Shown: positions 37,925-47,897, counted from the first letter of the stretch. The stretch is 64,000 nt of DNA from Hominibacterium faecale (GCF_020734085.1 NZ_JAJAGH010000008.1:5743-69742); one strand, 5' to 3'. Notes: generated by a model not told the origin, from the letters alone. Numbers and translations are program-made.

Positions 37925-38947
37925 ATGACGAATGTATTAGTGGTGGGTTATGGAACAATTGGACAGAGGCTTGCCGACGGGGTTAGTCTGCAGGACGATA
38001 TGAATCTGATTGGAGTTGTGGACGCGGCAATGAGTCTGTCGATCAGGGCCCTGAAAGAAAAAGGCATGCCATATGATCTTTATGCAGTAAACGAAACGTG
38101 CCGGGCCGAGCTTGCAGCAAACGGGATTCCAGTCCGCGGACTTTTGGAGGAAGCACTTGAGAAAACAGACATTGTATTGGATGCGACATCCGCAGGTGTT
38201 GGTGCGAAAAATAAAGAGCAATATAAAAAATATGGGGTTAAAGCGGTCTTCCAGGGCGGCGAGAAAAATGATGTGGCAGATGTGTTTTTTCACGGATATG
38301 CCAACTATGAAAAAGGCCTCCATGCGGATTTCCTAAAGCTGACATCCTGCAACACAACCGGATTGATCCGGGCAGTAGACTGCCTCGATAAAAAATGCGG
38401 GATTGAGAAGGTCGCGATTACCATTGTACGGAGAGTTGCGGACCCGGGAGATTACCACAGAGGATTGACCAATGCGCTGCAGGTTGACAAAGCGCCCAAT
38501 CATCAGGCACTGGATCTGATGACGATTTTGCCGGAAATTAAAGCGACCGGAATCCTGGTGCACGCACCGGTAACCCATGGACACTTTATTACCGTAGTGG
38601 CAACACCGAAGAGAGATATATCAGTGAAGGAGGCAATCGATACATTCAAAGAGCACAACCGTATTCGCATGGTCAGACTGGATGAAGGATTTCAGGGCAA
38701 TGCTTCAATCTTCAAATACGCAAGAGATCTTGGAAGGCCAAGAGGCGATCTGTATGAAATCTGCATCTGGGAGGACACCATCGTAAAATCTGGTAAGGAT
38801 ATTATGTTTGGAATACATATTCCACAGGAATCGGTAACCATTCCTGAGACGATTGATGCGATTCGTGCGGCAATGGCCATGGATACAGACGGAAAAACAG
38901 CGGTGGAAAAGACCAACAAGAATCTTGGCCTGGGAGGATGGAAATGA
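37925..38947 (+). CDS. type II (archaeal-type) glyceraldehyde-3-phosphate dehydrogenase family protein
   Basis: Start at MTNVLVVGYGTIGQR (GAGGAGGAG RBS). SCNTTGL catalytic-Cys motif and overall collinearity with archaeal GAPDH (for example Methanothermus) rather than bacterial GapA. Confidence 0.75.
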   Translation: MTNVLVVGYGTIGQRLADGVSLQDDMNLIGVVDAAMSLSIRALKEKGMPYDLYAVNETCRAELAANGIPVRGLLEEALEKTDIVLDATSAGVGAKNKEQYKKYGVKAVFQGGEKNDVADVFFHGYANYEKGLHADFLKLTSCNTTGLIRAVDCLDKKCGIEKVAITIVRRVADPGDYHRGLTNALQVDKAPNHQALDLMTILPEIKATGILVHAPVTHGHFITVVATPKRDISVKEAIDTFKEHNRIRMVRLDEGFQGNASIFKYARDLGRPRGDLYEICIWEDTIVKSGKDIMFGIHIPQESVTIPETIDAIRAAMAMDTDGKTAVEKTNKNLGLGGWK

Positions 38948-40188
38948 TTAAATGGAAAACAGTGGACGATTATGATTATCGGAACAAAGTGACCTTGCTG
39001 CGAGTGGACATCAACTCTCCAATCCACCCAGGTACGAAGAAAATTGTAAACGAAAACAGGATTCATAAAAGCGCGCCAACCATCCAGAAGCTGTTAGATA
39101 AAGGTACGAAGCTGGTGATCATCGCGCACCAGGGGGATACGCTGGATTACGAAAACCTGATCCCTATGGAAGAACATGCTCAAAAGTTGAATCAATATAT
39201 AAACGGGAGTATCCGCTATATTGATGATCCCTGCGGTCCGGCAGCACAGGAAGAAATCCGAAAGCTGAAGGCTGGAGAAGGACTTTTACTGGGAAACTTG
39301 CGCTATCTTACTGAAGAGACTTCAACCTTTGAGAATGTGGTAAAGCTAAAGCCAGAATTGATGGAACAGACCTACCTGGTACGATCCCTGCTTCCTTTAT
39401 GTGATTATTATGTCAACGACGCCTTTTCCGCAGCCCATAGAAATGCACCTTCCATGGCTGCATTCCAGAGGCTTCTTCCTACGGCAGCAGGCGAGCTGAT
39501 GTGCCGGGAAGTTGAAGCGCTGGATCAGATTATTGAATCTCCGGACCACCCATGTCTGTTTGTGTTAGGAGGTGCAAAGATTTCCGATGCCTTTGGCATG
39601 ATGAAGCAAGTTCTGGAAACAGGCAAAGCGGATAAAATTCTTACTTGCGGAGTTACAGGTGAAATTATGCTGATGGCGAAAGGCTATTCATTGGGAGAAA
39701 AAAAGGAATTATTTATCCGCGAGCGGGGACTGGACCGTTTCGTACAGGAGGCAAGGCAATATCTTGATAAATACCCACAAAAGATCGATTATCCAGTTGA
39801 TGTGGTGTATGAAAGAAGCGGGGAACGCTGTACGCTGGACATTGACGAATTGCCCAAGTCAGAACTGTTTATGGACATTGGAGAAAAAACGATTGAGCAC
39901 TATCGACGAGAAATCATACAAGCAAAAACCATTTTTGTAAACGGACCTGCAGGCGCTTATGAAAATCCGCTTTTTGAAAGAGGAACGAAAGAAGTCTGGG
40001 AAGCGATTGCAGCTGCAAAAGGCTATTCTGTCATCGGAGGCGGCGACACCGTCAGTGCGGCGCAGCGCTATATTAATCTGGATGATATTGGTTATGTCTG
40101 CACTGCAGGAGGTGCGATGGTGAGGTATGTATCCGGGACAAAACTGCCTTTAATCGAGGCCATGGACGGTGCACAATCAAAAGGTTAA
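38944..40188 (+). CDS. phosphoglycerate kinase family protein (archaeal-type)
   Basis: RVDINSPI, VNDAFSAAHR and GGAKISDAFGM / GGGDT PGK motifs. The ATGA start overlaps the GAPDH stop. Confidence 0.75.
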   Translation: MIKWKTVDDYDYRNKVTLLRVDINSPIHPGTKKIVNENRIHKSAPTIQKLLDKGTKLVIIAHQGDTLDYENLIPMEEHAQKLNQYINGSIRYIDDPCGPAAQEEIRKLKAGEGLLLGNLRYLTEETSTFENVVKLKPELMEQTYLVRSLLPLCDYYVNDAFSAAHRNAPSMAAFQRLLPTAAGELMCREVEALDQIIESPDHPCLFVLGGAKISDAFGMMKQVLETGKADKILTCGVTGEIMLMAKGYSLGEKKELFIRERGLDRFVQEARQYLDKYPQKIDYPVDVVYERSGERCTLDIDELPKSELFMDIGEKTIEHYRREIIQAKTIFVNGPAGAYENPLFERGTKEVWEAIAAAKGYSVIGGGDTVSAAQRYINLDDIGYVCTAGGAMVRYVSGTKLPLIEAMDGAQSKG

Positions 40189-40219
40189 AAGAACAGAGAT
40201 TCTGGGAAAGGAAAACAAA

Positions 40220-41287
40220 ATGAATACATATAAAATTGCAGTAATCGGCGGAGACGGCGTAGGACCGGAAGTTTGCAGGGAAGGAAAAAAGGTTCTGCAT
40301 AAAATTGCAGAGCTGGATAAGGGCATCGGATTTGAATTTGAGGATTTCCCCTGGGGATGTGAATATTATCTGGAGCATGGTGAAATGATGCCGCAGGATG
40401 CCCTGGAGACTCTAAAAAAATTTGATGCCGTTTACTTGGGAGCAGTTGGATTTCCGGGGGTACCGGACCATATTTCTTTGTGGGATATTCTGCTGAAAAT
40501 CAGAAAAGGGTTTGATCAATATATCAACCTGCGGCCGATCAAGCTGCTGAAAGGAGCCCCATGTCCGCTTGCAGGTGTAAAGCGCGAGCAGATTGACATG
40601 CTGGTTGTGCGGGAAAACAGCGAAGGCGAATATGCAGGAAGCGGAAGCTGGATGTACAAGGGAAAAATCAACGAAGTGGTGATACAGGACAGTGTTTTTT
40701 CCAGACTGGGATGTGAAAGGGTGATTCGCTATGCGTATGAATTAGCAAAAAAAGAGAAGAAAACATTGACAAGCATTAGCAAAGCCAATGCACTTAATTA
40801 CTCCATGGTATTTTGGGATCAGATTTTTGAAGAGGTCGGACGGGAATACCCGGATGTGGAAACCTACTCCTATCTGGTGGATGCGGCAAGCATGTTTTTT
40901 GTAAAAGAACCTGAGCGGTTTCAGATCGTAGTAACGTCCAATTTGTTCGGAGATATTCTCACCGATTTAGGGGCAGCGATTGCGGGAGGTATGGGACTTG
41001 CCGCAGGGGCAAATATCAATCCGGAAAGGCTCTATCCGTCCATGTTTGAGCCGATCCACGGATCTGCGCCCGACATTGCGGGAACCGGGCAGGCAAATCC
41101 CCTTGCAGCGGTCTGGTCAGTCAGCCAGATGATGGACTTTTTCGGTTATGAGGAATGGGGAAAACGCATATTGGATGCCATTGAACAGCTTCTTACAGAA
41201 AAAAAGAGCCTGCCACGCGACTTAGGAGGGAGTTCGACAACAGAAGCTGTCGGAAATGAAATTGTGCGGCTGCTGGAACGGGCGTAA
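40220..41287 (+). CDS. tartrate dehydrogenase / D-malate / 3-isopropylmalate dehydrogenase-family decarboxylating dehydrogenase
   Basis: Start at MNTYKIAVIGGDGVGPEV. NLFGDILTDLGA signature. 355 aa. Confidence 0.7.
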   Translation: MNTYKIAVIGGDGVGPEVCREGKKVLHKIAELDKGIGFEFEDFPWGCEYYLEHGEMMPQDALETLKKFDAVYLGAVGFPGVPDHISLWDILLKIRKGFDQYINLRPIKLLKGAPCPLAGVKREQIDMLVVRENSEGEYAGSGSWMYKGKINEVVIQDSVFSRLGCERVIRYAYELAKKEKKTLTSISKANALNYSMVFWDQIFEEVGREYPDVETYSYLVDAASMFFVKEPERFQIVVTSNLFGDILTDLGAAIAGGMGLAAGANINPERLYPSMFEPIHGSAPDIAGTGQANPLAAVWSVSQMMDFFGYEEWGKRILDAIEQLLTEKKSLPRDLGGSSTTEAVGNEIVRLLERA

Positions 41288-41342
41288 AGGGTAAAGGGAT
41301 AAAATGCGGCAACGCCGCATTCAATGGGGAAAATCGTATACC

Positions 41343-42425
41343 CTAAGAATAAAAGACCCGCTGAAAAAGCTGATGTCTTCCGCTGATATCCAATTTCTGA
41401 TAGATATTGGATACATGCTTTTTTACGGTAGGCATACTGATTTGACATTGCTCCATGATTTCCGTATTGCTGAGGCCGTTTACCAGATACTGGAGCACTT
41501 CGTATTCCCGGAGGGTCAGGTGATTGGTCTCTTTGATGGAAAGAAGGATATTGTCGATGATGGTGGAATAGTCGTAAACACAGCAGGAGAAGGTCTGGTC
41601 AGAATCGTTGTAGCTGACGTTGACGTAATAGGACTTATCTTCCAGGTTGATTTTACTGTGGGTTTTCAAAGTTTCAGACACTTTGGAAGCGCCTCGGGCC
41701 GAGATTTCCTGCTTTAGCGTCTCGCACATGGCAGTAAACATATTCCGGATCGTATCCAGAGAGAGCTGAGAATGCAGGCCGGTGGTAATATTGGAATGCA
41801 TGATGTTCAGATCCCGGTCGTAAACCATGTACACCAGAATATTATCGTGAGAAAACATAGTATATTTGCTTTTATCCAGATTATGCTTTGCCTCACAAAC
41901 ATCCTGAACGATTCTGGACAAGTGCAGTTTGAACATTTTGATCAATTCCAGATCCTGCGCGGTAAAATCCTCAGATTGCTTTGACCGATGCAGCCCAATG
42001 CCGCAGACATATCCACTGGGGGAATTTTCCACAAAGAGATTGCCCTCGATGGAATAATACATATTGCAGGGCTTGAGGCATTCTTTAAAATAGCGGGTTT
42101 TCTCCCGCTCAGAGCGGGTAAAAATCTCCGAGCTTTTGAAGATGATGGGCTGTTTCAAAGAAACGATAGGCAGAGCATCGTCCATGTCACAGACCTTGAA
42201 ATAATAGTTCAGATCCTTTCCCCATCCGGCAAAGATAAAATTTTCAAATCGAATGCTGTTCTGCCCTTTTTTAAAAATATAAATATCGCCTTTTTCAAAG
42301 AAGCAAAGTTTCTTTAGTTCTTCAAGAAAGTGCTGCAAAGCGTCGATTTTATTGTATGCAACATATAAATCCGAAATCATTTTGTTAAACGTATAAAATT
42401 CATTTTCATTAAAGGTAAATGCCAT
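41343..42425 (-). CDS. LuxR-family transcriptional regulator with large N-terminal sensor domain
   Basis: C-terminal GerE/LuxR HTH (LTLREYEVLQYLVNGLSNTEI...). Start at MAFTF (AGGAAA RBS). Divergent from the GRE operon. Confidence 0.7.
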   Translation of the reverse strand: MAFTFNENEFYTFNKMISDLYVAYNKIDALQHFLEELKKLCFFEKGDIYIFKKGQNSIRFENFIFAGWGKDLNYYFKVCDMDDALPIVSLKQPIIFKSSEIFTRSEREKTRYFKECLKPCNMYYSIEGNLFVENSPSGYVCGIGLHRSKQSEDFTAQDLELIKMFKLHLSRIVQDVCEAKHNLDKSKYTMFSHDNILVYMVYDRDLNIMHSNITTGLHSQLSLDTIRNMFTAMCETLKQEISARGASKVSETLKTHSKINLEDKSYYVNVSYNDSDQTFSCCVYDYSTIIDNILLSIKETNHLTLREYEVLQYLVNGLSNTEIMEQCQISMPTVKKHVSNIYQKLDISGRHQLFQRVFYS

Positions 42426-42643
42426 AATATTTCCTCTGCATAACATTTAGCAAAAACAGACTGTATATTTATTATATTTGATTGTATTTGAAAAGTAAAT
42501 GTTCAATTCGGCAAGGTATACCAACGGCTACCATGGAAAAAATCCTACTGCAGAACAATTGTCAGAAAACTTGATCGGGTATATAGTTAATCTATACTTG
42601 GAAAAGACAAGACAACGGATAAAATGACGAAGGAAGGGAGTGA

Positions 42644-42916
42644 AAGAAAACGAATATAAAATTTAGAGCAGCCAGCCCGGCGATTACAGACGGCAGGCTG
42701 GCTGACAGATATGGGAGCTGGTCCAGAGAAGCTGAAATCGCCTATGGTATCCCGCTTACATCTTTTCCCCTCCGGTGGGAAGGGGTACCTGCGGGCACAA
42801 AGAGCTATGCGGTCATCTTTATGGATAACGACAACGCAAAAGGGGAAGGATTTCCTTTTATACATTGGCTGGCCTGCAACATTCCGGGGGAAATGACCGA
42901 GCTTTACTACGGATAG
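42644..42916 (+). pseudogene. truncated PEBP/YbhB-family gene remnant (no start codon, premature stop)
   Basis: Frame encodes ...PLRWEGVPAGTKSYAVIFMDNDNAKGEGFPFIHWLACNIPG, which matches the N-terminal half of YbhB. It ends 9 codons later, 21 nt before the GRE start. No ATG/GTG/TTG upstream in frame. Confidence 0.45.
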
Positions 42917-42937
42917 AAAGAGAAGGGAGCAAATCAC

Positions 42938-45343
42938 ATGAACACAGAAAACAGAACTTTTTCTTTAGAAGGGGAAAACCATTTCCCCAGAATTGAAAAG
43001 CTGATCGAAGACTACAGAAAAGCCCGGCCCAGCGTAGATATCGAGCGGGCCAGAATCTATACCGAGTCTTTCAAAGAAACAGAAGGGGAAGACATCATTA
43101 CCAGACGGGCCCAGGCCTTCAAGGATTACTGCGAGAAAAGAGAGATACGGATTGCAGACCACCAGCTGATTGCAGGCGATGTCGCCAGAATCCCCAGGGC
43201 TGGAGTTGTAGACCCGGTGTTTCACTGCGGCTGGCTCAGCGAAGAACTGGACACCATTTCCACAAGAAAACAGGATCCCTATTTCATTTCGGAAGAGGAT
43301 AAAAAAGAACTGCGGGAAACCATTTTTCCATATTGGAAAGGCAAAATTGTCAGCGAACTCTGGCTCCGCCAAATCCCGCCTTATGTAAGAGAAATGGCCG
43401 TCAAGACCGGCATCATCGACGTGGAGATCAAAACTCAGAGCGCGGCCGGAGAGACAGCTCCTTACTGGGAAAAGGCCATGAATACCGGCCTGGGACAGAT
43501 GGAAAAGGAGCTTGCGGAGGCCATCGACGCTCTGGATCCGATTGATCCGGAAAGCTATGAAAAAATTACGTTTTATAAAGCCTGTAAGATGACCTTAGAA
43601 GGCTTAAAGCATTATATCCTGCGGTTTGCCGGTCTGGCTGAAGAGCAGGCCGATCAGGCGGCAGGCAAAAGAAAGGAGGAGCTGGAACGCATTGCTGCCA
43701 ACTGCCGCTATCTTTCAGATAACAAACCAAAAACCTTCTGGCAGGGGCTGCAGCTTACTTACTTCATCCTGGCAGGCTGCATGATGGAAGGCAACGGCCC
43801 TTCCTATTCGCCGGGAAGAATGGACCAGTATCTGTATCCTCTGTACGCAAAGGATATGGAAGAAGGAAGACTGACGGATGCACAGACGCTGGAGCTGATC
43901 GAGGCATTCTATGTAAAGACAGCGGAATCCACTTGGTTTCTCAGTGCAAATGCGGCCATGTACTTTGCGGGATATCAGCCGTTTCACAGCATTATCGTAG
44001 GCGGGATTGACAAGAGGGGAAAGGATGCGACCAACCAGCTGTCCTACCTGTTTATCACAGCTAAAATGGATGTACAGCTTCACAGCCCCTCTCTGTGCGC
44101 CCGGGTACACCAGCAGTCGCCAGAGGAGCTGATTGCCCACATCGCCAAACTGGCCAGACTGGGAACCGGATTTCCGGCTATCTATAACGATGAAGTCGCC
44201 ATTAAGATGATGCTGCTGTCCGGAGGAACGATGGAAGAGGCCAGAGACTATCAGATGGTTGGGTGTGTTGAGCCGTTTATGGGCGGCAAGATGGCCAAAT
44301 GGTCAGACGGCGGCCACTACAACTATGCGGCGGCCATGGAATTCGTTCTCCATAACGGAAGAAGCATTATCAATGAGAACAAGCTGCTGGGTTTGGAAAC
44401 AGGTGATCCACAGGACATGACTTACGATGAAATCAAAGATGCGGTGAAACAGCAGCTCAAATATATGATCGAGTCCATCAGCATCTGCGCCAATGTCAAT
44501 GAGAAGGTCTGCGCAGAGCTGACACCGTACCCGTTTATTTCCACATTCCTGGAAGGGACGTTACATACAGGAAAAGATCTGACCCGGGGTGGTGTGAAAT
44601 ATACCATCGGACCGGCGCTGATCGGCACAGGCATTGCAGATCTGGTTAACTCGCTTTCCGCAATTAAGAAGCACGTCTTTGATGATAAGACGATTACTAT
44701 GGGTGAGTTGATCCAGGCACTGAAAGCAAATTTTGATGGTTATGAAAAAATCCGTCTCATGCTGCAGAATACAACGCCGATGTACGGAAATGACATTGAA
44801 GAGGTGGATGCGCTGGCAGGAGAAATGACTGATTACGCCTACAGTGTGATTTCCCAGTGCAAATCCTGGAGAGGTCCGCACTTTATTTCCGGTCTGTACC
44901 CGGTATCCTCACATGTTCCCCACGGACTGGTGGTAGGCGCTCTGCCTTATGGGCGGCTTTCAGGAAAGGCCCTTGCGGACGGATGCTTCCCAAATGGCGG
45001 AACCGACCACGAAGGACCAACTTCCGTATTAAAATCGGTTTCCAGAATCAATCACGAAGTCCATACCTCGGGCACCCTGCTGAATATGAAACTGGACCCT
45101 CAAAGTGTTTCGGGAGATTTGGGAATCAAGCGGATTTCCGACATCATCCGTACATTTGTAGACTTGAATATCTATCACATTCAGTTCAATGTAGTGAGCC
45201 GTGAGCTGCTGCGAGCAGCGCAGGACAAACCGGAAGAACACAAATCACTGATCGTGCGAGTAGCCGGATATAGCGCCTACTTCACGGAACTTTGTGAAGA
45301 AATGCAGGACGACATCATCAACAGAACCATACATCAGGCTTAA
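42938..45343 (+). CDS. glycyl radical enzyme, glycerol/diol-dehydratase-like clade (substrate unknown)
   Basis: 801 aa. VGCVEP Cys-loop. C-terminal glycine radical motif RVAGYSAYF. Block-by-block similarity to C. butyricum glycerol dehydratase as recalled, but the NGHS active-site stretch reads NGPS here. Confidence 0.85.
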   Translation: MNTENRTFSLEGENHFPRIEKLIEDYRKARPSVDIERARIYTESFKETEGEDIITRRAQAFKDYCEKREIRIADHQLIAGDVARIPRAGVVDPVFHCGWLSEELDTISTRKQDPYFISEEDKKELRETIFPYWKGKIVSELWLRQIPPYVREMAVKTGIIDVEIKTQSAAGETAPYWEKAMNTGLGQMEKELAEAIDALDPIDPESYEKITFYKACKMTLEGLKHYILRFAGLAEEQADQAAGKRKEELERIAANCRYLSDNKPKTFWQGLQLTYFILAGCMMEGNGPSYSPGRMDQYLYPLYAKDMEEGRLTDAQTLELIEAFYVKTAESTWFLSANAAMYFAGYQPFHSIIVGGIDKRGKDATNQLSYLFITAKMDVQLHSPSLCARVHQQSPEELIAHIAKLARLGTGFPAIYNDEVAIKMMLLSGGTMEEARDYQMVGCVEPFMGGKMAKWSDGGHYNYAAAMEFVLHNGRSIINENKLLGLETGDPQDMTYDEIKDAVKQQLKYMIESISICANVNEKVCAELTPYPFISTFLEGTLHTGKDLTRGGVKYTIGPALIGTGIADLVNSLSAIKKHVFDDKTITMGELIQALKANFDGYEKIRLMLQNTTPMYGNDIEEVDALAGEMTDYAYSVISQCKSWRGPHFISGLYPVSSHVPHGLVVGALPYGRLSGKALADGCFPNGGTDHEGPTSVLKSVSRINHEVHTSGTLLNMKLDPQSVSGDLGIKRISDIIRTFVDLNIYHIQFNVVSRELLRAAQDKPEEHKSLIVRVAGYSAYFTELCEEMQDDIINRTIHQA

Positions 45344-45360
45344 ATACAGGAGATTTGTCA

Positions 45361-46269
45361 ATGAAGGAAAAACGGACAGGGATTATCTTTAATACGCAGA
45401 AATTTTCCATACATGACGGCGGCGGGATACGGACCCTGATTTTTATGAAGGGCTGCCCGCTGCGGTGTATCTGGTGCAGCAATCCGGAATCCCAGAGGCC
45501 GGAGCCGGAGATCACAGATGTAAAAACCAATTGTATTGGCTGCGGAGACTGCGTTTGTGTATGTCCGAAGGAGGCAGTCAATCCGTTGACCTTTCAGATT
45601 GACCGGGGCAAGTGCGATGCCTGCGGCCTGTGCGCGAAAAGCTGCTACGCACAGGCTAAAAAGCTGACCGGTCAGGTAGTGACTGTGGAGGAGCTGGTGA
45701 ATATCGCTGTAAAGGATCAGGTCATATACCGGAATTCAGGCGGCGGTGTGACGGTCGGAGGCGGCGAGCCTCTGACCCAGCCGGACTTCGTTTACGAGTT
45801 TCTCCGTGCCTGCAGCATGCGCAACATCCATACGGCCATTGAAACCTGCGGCTTTGGAGACTGGTCTGAGGTGGAAAAGGTTTTTCACCAGGCCGATCAG
45901 ATTTTATTTGATTTGAAATGCATGGATGAGGAAAAGCATCGGGCGTATACTGGCGTAAGTAATAAAAGCATCCTGCTCAACGCAGAAAAGGCGGCGGCCT
46001 CAGGCAAAGAGATCCGCTTTCGGGTCCCGGTGATCCCAGGGGTAAACGACGGGGAGAATATACGGCAAACCGGAGCGTTTGTCCGTGGGCTGCAGAGGCA
46101 AAACAGTCAGGTGAAGGTTGAACTGCTGCCTTATCATAATTTTGGAAAAGACAAGTATAAATGGCTCGGCAGAAAGTATGATCTGGAGCCTTTAGAGCGT
46201 ATGGAAAAAGAGGAGTTGGGCCGATATTACAAGGTGTTGGAAGAATTGGACTGTAATGTCGTATATTAA
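45361..46269 (+). CDS. glycyl radical enzyme activating protein (radical SAM, with two extra ferredoxin-like clusters)
   Basis: CPLRCIWCSNPES radical-SAM motif. CIGCGDCVCVCP and CDACGLCAKSC motifs. AGGAG RBS. ATG at 45361. Confidence 0.85.
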   Translation: MKEKRTGIIFNTQKFSIHDGGGIRTLIFMKGCPLRCIWCSNPESQRPEPEITDVKTNCIGCGDCVCVCPKEAVNPLTFQIDRGKCDACGLCAKSCYAQAKKLTGQVVTVEELVNIAVKDQVIYRNSGGGVTVGGGEPLTQPDFVYEFLRACSMRNIHTAIETCGFGDWSEVEKVFHQADQILFDLKCMDEEKHRAYTGVSNKSILLNAEKAAASGKEIRFRVPVIPGVNDGENIRQTGAFVRGLQRQNSQVKVELLPYHNFGKDKYKWLGRKYDLEPLERMEKEELGRYYKVLEELDCNVVY

Positions 46270-46272
46270 AAA

Positions 46273-46312
46273 AGGAGCCGGTCGCTGTGCATTCAGTGGC
46301 CGGCTCCTTTTG
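46273..46312. terminator. bidirectional terminator
   Basis: ggagccggtc...ggccggctcc stem with T-run, between convergent operons. Confidence 0.55.
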
Positions 46313-46401
46313 TTGGGCTTCCGCATAGATTGGAAAAATGTCGCTTCGCGATCTTTCCTCATTGATGCGACAGCCCAACTCGATTAATTTATATGAAATG
46401 G

Positions 46402-47478
46402 CTATTTCACATAGGTCTCCATTGGGCGGATCATATAGTTGAGAGGGCCCATCTTATCGGTCGTAACATAGCCTGGCTCGGAGTTCATGACATCCGGTAT
46501 CCGGTTAACAACGGAAGCACAGGTAATGGCTACGGTGTCCGGTTTCTTTAATACGAAGTCCTGGGTCGGTTCTCCGTAAAGGGTCCATTTGATCAAATCC
46601 TCTTCGCCGGGAGCATATACTTTTCCCACACACTCGGTTTCCAGCGTGATGCCTTCTTCTGTAGTGGTAATCACCGTAGCGGAGAGCCCGACTGCATGGC
46701 CGGCGGGGATTTCTGTCTGCAGAACATCGGACCATAACGGCTGATCGCAGGTCTGAGGGATGAATTTCTGTTCCTGTGTCTTTACAGTCAATCCCAGCAG
46801 GGAACAGATCCAGCCGTTGGCATTCCACATGTAGCATGGAAGGAAATCTTCTGTTTCCAGTACTTCCTGTCTCTTTTCCTCAGAAATATTATTAACAGCG
46901 GCAATGGTCTTTTCAAATTCATCCAGCGACAGGTTGACGCCATGAACCTTGGCCAGGGCAACTCCGTAATCTTCCGAATTATATACAACAGAGCCTTTAA
47001 TTTTGGTGACTTTATTGGATGCCCCGGCGATGGTGGAAATAATGTATCCCCAGCCCATGTCCTGTGCTCCGGTCCCGCAGATGGTACAGTTGTTCTTTTT
47101 TGCAAGCTCATCGATTTCCTTTGTCATCTTATAGCGGGAGTTCCATGGATAAAAGGCCTCTTCACATGTGGAGATGGCATTAATGCCCAATTCCGCGCAG
47201 AGAAGGAAGATGTCCTGACAGTCGGGGAGAAGGGCCATGGTTTCAACAATGCATACATCCGGCTTAGTCTGGGTGAGGATCTGGCGGGCATCCTTGGCGT
47301 AGCTGACTTTAACGCCCTTGTTTTCTGTGCCCATGATCTCGCCAATATCTTTGCCAAAGGCGCGGTCGGATTTACCAAAAGCGCAGACCACCTCGCCACC
47401 ATGGTCATAGACATACTTCATAGTTGGACCAGCCATTTTTCCACTTCCATACTGAGCAACTTTTACTTTACGATTCAT
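46402..47478 (-). CDS. DapB-fold NAD(P)-dependent oxidoreductase, probable amine dehydrogenase (2,4-diaminopentanoate dehydrogenase-like family)
   Basis: N-terminal Rossmann motif KVAQYGSGKMAG. Architecture recalls native amine dehydrogenases. AGGAGG RBS. Last gene of the dehydratase operon. Confidence 0.5.
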   Translation of the reverse strand: MNRKVKVAQYGSGKMAGPTMKYVYDHGGEVVCAFGKSDRAFGKDIGEIMGTENKGVKVSYAKDARQILTQTKPDVCIVETMALLPDCQDIFLLCAELGINAISTCEEAFYPWNSRYKMTKEIDELAKKNNCTICGTGAQDMGWGYIISTIAGASNKVTKIKGSVVYNSEDYGVALAKVHGVNLSLDEFEKTIAAVNNISEEKRQEVLETEDFLPCYMWNANGWICSLLGLTVKTQEQKFIPQTCDQPLWSDVLQTEIPAGHAVGLSATVITTTEEGITLETECVGKVYAPGEEDLIKWTLYGEPTQDFVLKKPDTVAITCASVVNRIPDVMNSEPGYVTTDKMGPLNYMIRPMETYVK

Positions 47479-47552
47479 TTTTTACCTCCTAAAATTTTCA
47501 CAATGATTGATATGTTGATACGGCAAAATCAGCCGATCTGGATAAACACAAG

Positions 47553-47897
47553 TTATAACGGATATAAGGGCAGCCCTTTCACGAGGCGGGCTGCATTTTG
47601 ACCAAAGATTCGCCCTTCCTTTTTCGTCAGAGCAGGCGGCCTCTTTTCCAGGATACAGGTCCCGGGCCCAGCCTTCTGATGCATGAGAAACACCTTCTCT
47701 TTTGATATTCCGATTGCAATGCCCACCTTGGAAGCCTGAGCTGAGCCAAAGGTGTGCTCGTTCAGAGCAGAGGCGGGCGCAAGGGTGCGGGTGCTGAACA
47801 AGCCTTCCTCCTCGATTCCGTACTCGATCTGCGTCACATAGCAGGATAGGGAGTCCTCGGTATAAAGCAGGTGGATTGCCGGGTATCGGTTATTCAT
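47553..47897 (-). CDS. diol/glycerol dehydratase reactivase small (beta) subunit
   Basis: Start at MNNRYPAIHLLY. EEEG and NAARLVKGLP blocks match DdrB/DhaG. Overlaps the alpha subunit stop by 8 nt. Confidence 0.7.
   Translation of the reverse strand: MNNRYPAIHLLYTEDSLSCYVTQIEYGIEEEGLFSTRTLAPASALNEHTFGSAQASKVGIAIGISKEKVFLMHQKAGPGTCILEKRPPALTKKEGRIFGQNAARLVKGLPLYPL

Noticed and set aside
42711-42896. 61-aa ORF in the GRE upstream region
   Set aside because: It is in the wrong frame relative to the clearly conserved PEBP-like frame and is an artefact of the pseudogene.
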